From positions 1 to 64,000 of IMG/VR virus record IMGVR_UViG_3300021476_000001: a DNA stretch of 64,000 nucleotides. One strand, given 5' to 3'. The notes below the pieces were generated by a model, which saw only the letters and a list, made by a program, of their open reading frames with translations, made no database searches and was not told the origin of the DNA. Positions 60,651 to 64,000 of this stretch are shown here, piece after piece (within the stretch, counting starts at the first letter, position 1; each line of letters begins with the position of its first letter). The DNA is from a virus. The position numbers were made by a program, and so were the translations under genes.

Positions 60651-61580
60651 ATGACTACACCATTTATTGCAGGTTGGAGACGGCAACCCCTAGACCACCG
60701 AGACTACAGGTTTGTGGTTCCAAAGTCTATTACTGATGTGCTGCCACCGTCTATTGACCTGTCAGCAAATATGGGACCGAATTTAGACCAAGGTAGCCTT
60801 GGCTCGTGTGGTCCTAATACAGCTGATGAGTGTATTGCCTACGACCAGAAAGCAGAAAGCCTTTCCGTTGGTTCAAGTCGGTTGTTTACCTATTATAACA
60901 CCAGAGCTATAATGGGGACCATTAACCAAGACTCTGGAGTTGATAATCGGTCGATGCTGAAGGCGCTGAATCAATATGGTTTTTGTGCTGAGACGACTTG
61001 GCCATACACTATAGCACAGTTCAAGACTAAGCCACCTCAGGCAGCCTATGATGAGGCCAGTGGCAACAAGATTGACAATTACGCGGCAGTAATTCAGTCA
61101 TTATCCCAGATGAAGGGTTGCTTAGTCACGGGTCGTCCCTTCATATTTGGCTTCGACGTGTTCGACTCAATGCTCTCTGATTTAGTAGCACAAACAGGTA
61201 TCGTTCCCGATCCAGGTGGGATGGTAGCTGGTGGCCACGATGTAACTATATTCGCTTATGACGACAACGGCTTTGGTGGTAGGATACAAGGAGGCTGCTT
61301 TAAGTTTAGGAACCACTGGGCTGGACCCAATAATGGTTGGTGGGGGGACAACGACTGTGGGTATATTAGCTATAACTATGCTACTAGCCAGTACGCTTCG
61401 GACTTCTGGGTAGTAAACGCCATTCCTCAAAATCCTCAGCCCTCGCCGTCACCAGCCCCGTCACCACCAGTACCGAAGAAACCGTGTCGTCGTCTGTATC
61501 GTGCTGGATATGAGTTTGGTCAGGCAGTGGTGGATGTGACTTGCTCCCTCTTTGCTAAACATTTTGGAGAGGAGAGATAG
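60651..61580 (+). CDS. papain-like (peptidase C1) cysteine protease
   Basis: QGSLGSCGPN carries the catalytic Cys, GGHDVTIFAYDD the His, and FRNHWAGPNNGWWGDNDCGYISY is the Asn-Trp motif. The C-terminus has a Pro-rich tail (PQPSPSPAPSPPVP). Confidence 0.7.
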   Translation: MTTPFIAGWRRQPLDHRDYRFVVPKSITDVLPPSIDLSANMGPNLDQGSLGSCGPNTADECIAYDQKAESLSVGSSRLFTYYNTRAIMGTINQDSGVDNRSMLKALNQYGFCAETTWPYTIAQFKTKPPQAAYDEASGNKIDNYAAVIQSLSQMKGCLVTGRPFIFGFDVFDSMLSDLVAQTGIVPDPGGMVAGGHDVTIFAYDDNGFGGRIQGGCFKFRNHWAGPNNGWWGDNDCGYISYNYATSQYASDFWVVNAIPQNPQPSPSPAPSPPVPKKPCRRLYRAGYEFGQAVVDVTCSLFAKHFGEER

Positions 61581-61584
61581 AAGC

Positions 61585-62790
61585 GTGAGGCAAGTTTTGT
61601 TTACTGTTCCTCTAGTTATAACTGGTTGCCTGCCTGACATCCAGCCACACCAGCAGACCGTTTATCGTCACTCTACTAAGTCGCTCACAAAGGAGGTGAT
61701 GAAATCTGACCCATTACGGAAACTTGGTTCTCGATCCAAACTGGACCCCGCTGGGATTTGTGCGGTAGATGAGCCGGAGCAGCGGCTGGACACGACTGCG
61801 GACACCAGACGTGGGGCTGCTCCGGCTCACTTTCAACAGATGTTTATTAGTGAGGATAGAGCAAAACTGTATAACCAATTCTGGCCAAAAAGTACTGGCA
61901 ACCGTCTTGCTGGACTCAAGGGGCGAGTGCACTGGTACGATGATGAGTCCATTCCTGCCGTGTATCAGGTGTGGGACCGTGGCCTGGCTGGGGGGTTTAG
62001 CCATGTTGGTGCTGCTGGAGACACTGCTAACAACGAGTTCCCTTGGAGAAATCCGGCTGGCGTGGCTCAAGGGTCAAACGTAAAGACCCTGCGATTTGTC
62101 AAGCTGACCGATAAGCCGATTCTATGGTGGAGAGGGGTAAGAGAGAATGGCAGCTTCGCTGCTTTCAAGTGGCGGTATCCAGAGGGCACGATCTTTGGCG
62201 AGGTTTTGCTGGTCTCCAGTCCCCAGGGGCTGGACCATACCTTTGAAGTGCGGACACGTGAGAAGAAAGGCGACGGTATGTGGACGATGCAAGCGTACCG
62301 CCCGTTCCCGACTCGTCAAGACCTCGACAAAGCGCTAAGTAAGCACGGTCTGGACACTGGCAACATGCGCGCTTTCTTCCGCCACTTGGACAGTGGACAT
62401 CGGGCTAACGGCTTCGTTGCTGACGCCTGGTTGGCCCCGCTCAATCCGCTGCCAGCTGCTATAGTGTCCAAGCTGCTGGACGACACACCGTTCCAGCCGA
62501 GCAGAGGCAAGGAGTTTAGTGATGGGATTCCGACTGCTACCTCCACGCATTATTCCGTGGTCCCCGTGGGCTTTACGGCCGCGTTCGTGCCAGTTAACGA
62601 CCAGAGCTGTATGCGCTGTCACGAATCCGCTGGGAGAGTGGTTAACCTGGACGGTGACGCTAGATGGCGACTCAGAGGAAGCGACGGTATATTCAGTTTC
62701 CACCCATTTGAGGCATCGAGCTTTAATATTCCCCCGGTGAAGTTGAGTAGGCGGTTGGTAGAAGCTGGGTTGTTGAAGGAGTGGAAGTAA
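61585..62790 (+). CDS. predicted lipoprotein with a single CXXCH motif
   Basis: GTG 61585 follows ggagaggagag. The sequence starts MRQVLFTVPLVITGC, a signal peptide plus lipobox. CMRCH lies at about residue 340. Confidence 0.5.
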   Translation: MRQVLFTVPLVITGCLPDIQPHQQTVYRHSTKSLTKEVMKSDPLRKLGSRSKLDPAGICAVDEPEQRLDTTADTRRGAAPAHFQQMFISEDRAKLYNQFWPKSTGNRLAGLKGRVHWYDDESIPAVYQVWDRGLAGGFSHVGAAGDTANNEFPWRNPAGVAQGSNVKTLRFVKLTDKPILWWRGVRENGSFAAFKWRYPEGTIFGEVLLVSSPQGLDHTFEVRTREKKGDGMWTMQAYRPFPTRQDLDKALSKHGLDTGNMRAFFRHLDSGHRANGFVADAWLAPLNPLPAAIVSKLLDDTPFQPSRGKEFSDGIPTATSTHYSVVPVGFTAAFVPVNDQSCMRCHESAGRVVNLDGDARWRLRGSDGIFSFHPFEASSFNIPPVKLSRRLVEAGLLKEWK

Positions 62791-62818
62791 TGGAACTTGC
62801 AGAAAGTGAGCAACTAAG

Positions 62819-63346
62819 ATGACCGAAGAAGTCAACCGATCCTTGACAGGTGGAACTACCACCTCGGCTTCAACACGTATGGAACCCTACGATGCCAGAC
62901 CCATTTTTGTCGTTCGTGAGCCGGGCCAGCTCAGTCAGGCCATGACCAAGGCCGGTCACTCCGTCCGCGATGCCTTGCTGTTTACTGCTGTAGTAGTGGG
63001 CGCAGCCGCTGCTGGCTGGTGGGGTCACTGGTATAGTCAGCAGCTTGCTCTCCGTGGGGCTTACTCTGGTCAGCAGTTAGAGGCGACAGTAACCTTGCCA
63101 GGTAAAATAGAGGTGGAAGTGGGGGCCATCGGCACTCTCCAGGGTGAGACTGCTGGGAAGCGAATATCGTGGCAGAAGCCAGACGGTCTTAATGCTGAAG
63201 TAGTGGATGATAAAACCTTGCACGTTAGCTCCAGAAAGCTAGGTGAGTACCCGGTGGTTGGCTACTCAGCAGTCATTATCAACGGTGAGGCTGTGCAGAC
63301 ACCTATGAGCACTTGTGTGGTTCGGGTGGTGGAAGCAAAGGAATAA
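62819..63346 (+). CDS. membrane-anchored protein with C-terminal beta (Ig-like?) domain
   Basis: Single TM helix LLFTAVVVGAAAAGWWGHW, then a beta-rich C-terminal part. Confidence 0.45.
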   Translation: MTEEVNRSLTGGTTTSASTRMEPYDARPIFVVREPGQLSQAMTKAGHSVRDALLFTAVVVGAAAAGWWGHWYSQQLALRGAYSGQQLEATVTLPGKIEVEVGAIGTLQGETAGKRISWQKPDGLNAEVVDDKTLHVSSRKLGEYPVVGYSAVIINGEAVQTPMSTCVVRVVEAKE

Positions 63347-63364
63347 CCGTAATGAGCACATGGC

Positions 63365-63592
63365 GTGGTTGCCGGTCTTGGTGATAGCATAGGGGGCTGT
63401 TTGAAGATAACTGCTCAGGATGACCCACTGCGTCGGGCGCTAGTGGAGATCATTAAACTGTTGAGTGAGGGTGGCACTGCCCCAGTCGTAGTTATGGAGC
63501 AGTGCCGCCTGCTTGCCCAACAAGCCCTAGCTTCGACGAAGGTGACGGCAAGATGGAAGGGACTGAAACTTCTAATACCAGAAGAGTGGTAG
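63365..63592 (+). CDS. hypothetical small protein
   Basis: GTG start with no clear RBS. Confidence 0.3.
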   Translation: MVAGLGDSIGGCLKITAQDDPLRRALVEIIKLLSEGGTAPVVVMEQCRLLAQQALASTKVTARWKGLKLLIPEEW

Positions 63593-63624
63593 TTCTATTT
63601 TTCGGAGGGGGGTAGAGGTGAAGA

Positions 63625-63933
63625 ATGAGCGTTCTATCGCGTCGAGACTTGCGATTTATGAAACGGGCTTTGCCAGAGGTGGATAGGGAGTTTATACAAC
63701 TGAAACAGTCGCAGGCTACATCGGAGGTGGTGGCGATGGTCTGTTCTAGATACGTCTGCAAGAAAGTGGAGCCCAATGACATTGACAGCTCGATGTCCCC
63801 CATCATACTTTTTGAGCGCGTTGGTGACTATCAGCCTGGGTTTTTGATGGTGATGGGACCAGCACTGGCTGATTGTATAGTTGGTAAGATATATGAGGTT
63901 AGCATTCAGTCGGTTACTACTACGGAGTCCTAG
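63625..63933 (+). CDS. hypothetical small protein
   Basis: ATG preceded by ggaggggggtagaggtg. Confidence 0.45.
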   Translation: MSVLSRRDLRFMKRALPEVDREFIQLKQSQATSEVVAMVCSRYVCKKVEPNDIDSSMSPIILFERVGDYQPGFLMVMGPALADCIVGKIYEVSIQSVTTTES

Positions 63934-64000
63934 TTATGTGTGTCAAGTATTGTAAGGTACAGGTGATTGGCAGCTACATCAAAAGCAGACTAACTGATTT

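Noticed and set aside
60339-63346. Reading 60339..63346 as a holin - endolysin - spanin lysis cassette
   Set aside because: The order is suggestive: a small hydrophobic protein, then an enzyme, a lipoprotein and a membrane-anchored protein. However, the small protein lacks clear multiple TM helices and the enzyme is a papain-type protease rather than a known lysin fold. The lipoprotein (401 aa) is also far larger than o-spanins. I kept only the individual observations.

Overview
The window reads as a contiguous stretch of a tailed dsDNA phage (Caudoviricetes) genome or viral contig. I saw no host housekeeping genes, rRNA, integrase or CRISPR array. Almost all genes are on the + strand and tightly packed, often with overlapping stop and start codons. 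Layout: (1) 1-14.6 kb is a virion block. It holds a Mu gp29/DUF935-like portal and a ~1,735-aa MuF-containing polyvalent protein. That protein has ATP-grasp-like, MuF and kinase-like modules separated by a peptide motif repeated three times. The block also holds a flavin amine-oxidase-like enzyme and a Ser/Thr-rich QL-repeat fibre. (2) 14.6-26.3 kb is an ~11.7 kb accessory sugar island. It carries both halves of HldE (ADP-heptose synthesis) as separate genes, several GT9 heptosyltransferase-like domains and two GT-A-like enzymes. It also carries three SAM methyltransferases, two radical-SAM enzymes and a degenerate phosphatase-fold protein. This is my best candidate for an undescribed system. 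(3) 26.3-27.0 kb has two minus-strand genes and a divergent promoter region with a consensus sigma70-type promoter and CGGAATG repeats. (4) 27-44.8 kb is a replication and recombination block. It encodes an SF1 helicase, a family-4 UDG, a PD-(D/E)XK nuclease and a Sak4-like ATPase. It also encodes two CAU-anticodon tRNAs, a family A DNA polymerase, a primase-helicase and a DNA methyltransferase. (5) 45-48.6 kb holds small genes with duplicated gene-start cassettes. (6) 48.6-49.8 kb holds three minus-strand genes. (7) 49.8-51.25 kb is a ~1.45 kb gene-free region with a GC-rich oriented CCATG array, iteron-like repeats, an A11T6 tract and a (CTA)9 microsatellite. (8) 51.3-63.9 kb is the packaging, head and late block. 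TerL is split in its P-loop by a 335-aa LAGLIDADG intein with class-3 hallmarks. The block also has a protease/scaffold-like gene, an HNH endonuclease, a gpD-like protein, a papain-like peptidase and a CXXCH lipoprotein. GC-rich intergenic islands sharing short motifs mark the operon boundaries at about 9.8, 32.2, 44.8 and 50-50.8 kb. All family assignments come from motif recognition by eye. No database search, HMM, tRNA scanner or folding program was run, and statements about GC content are visual impressions.
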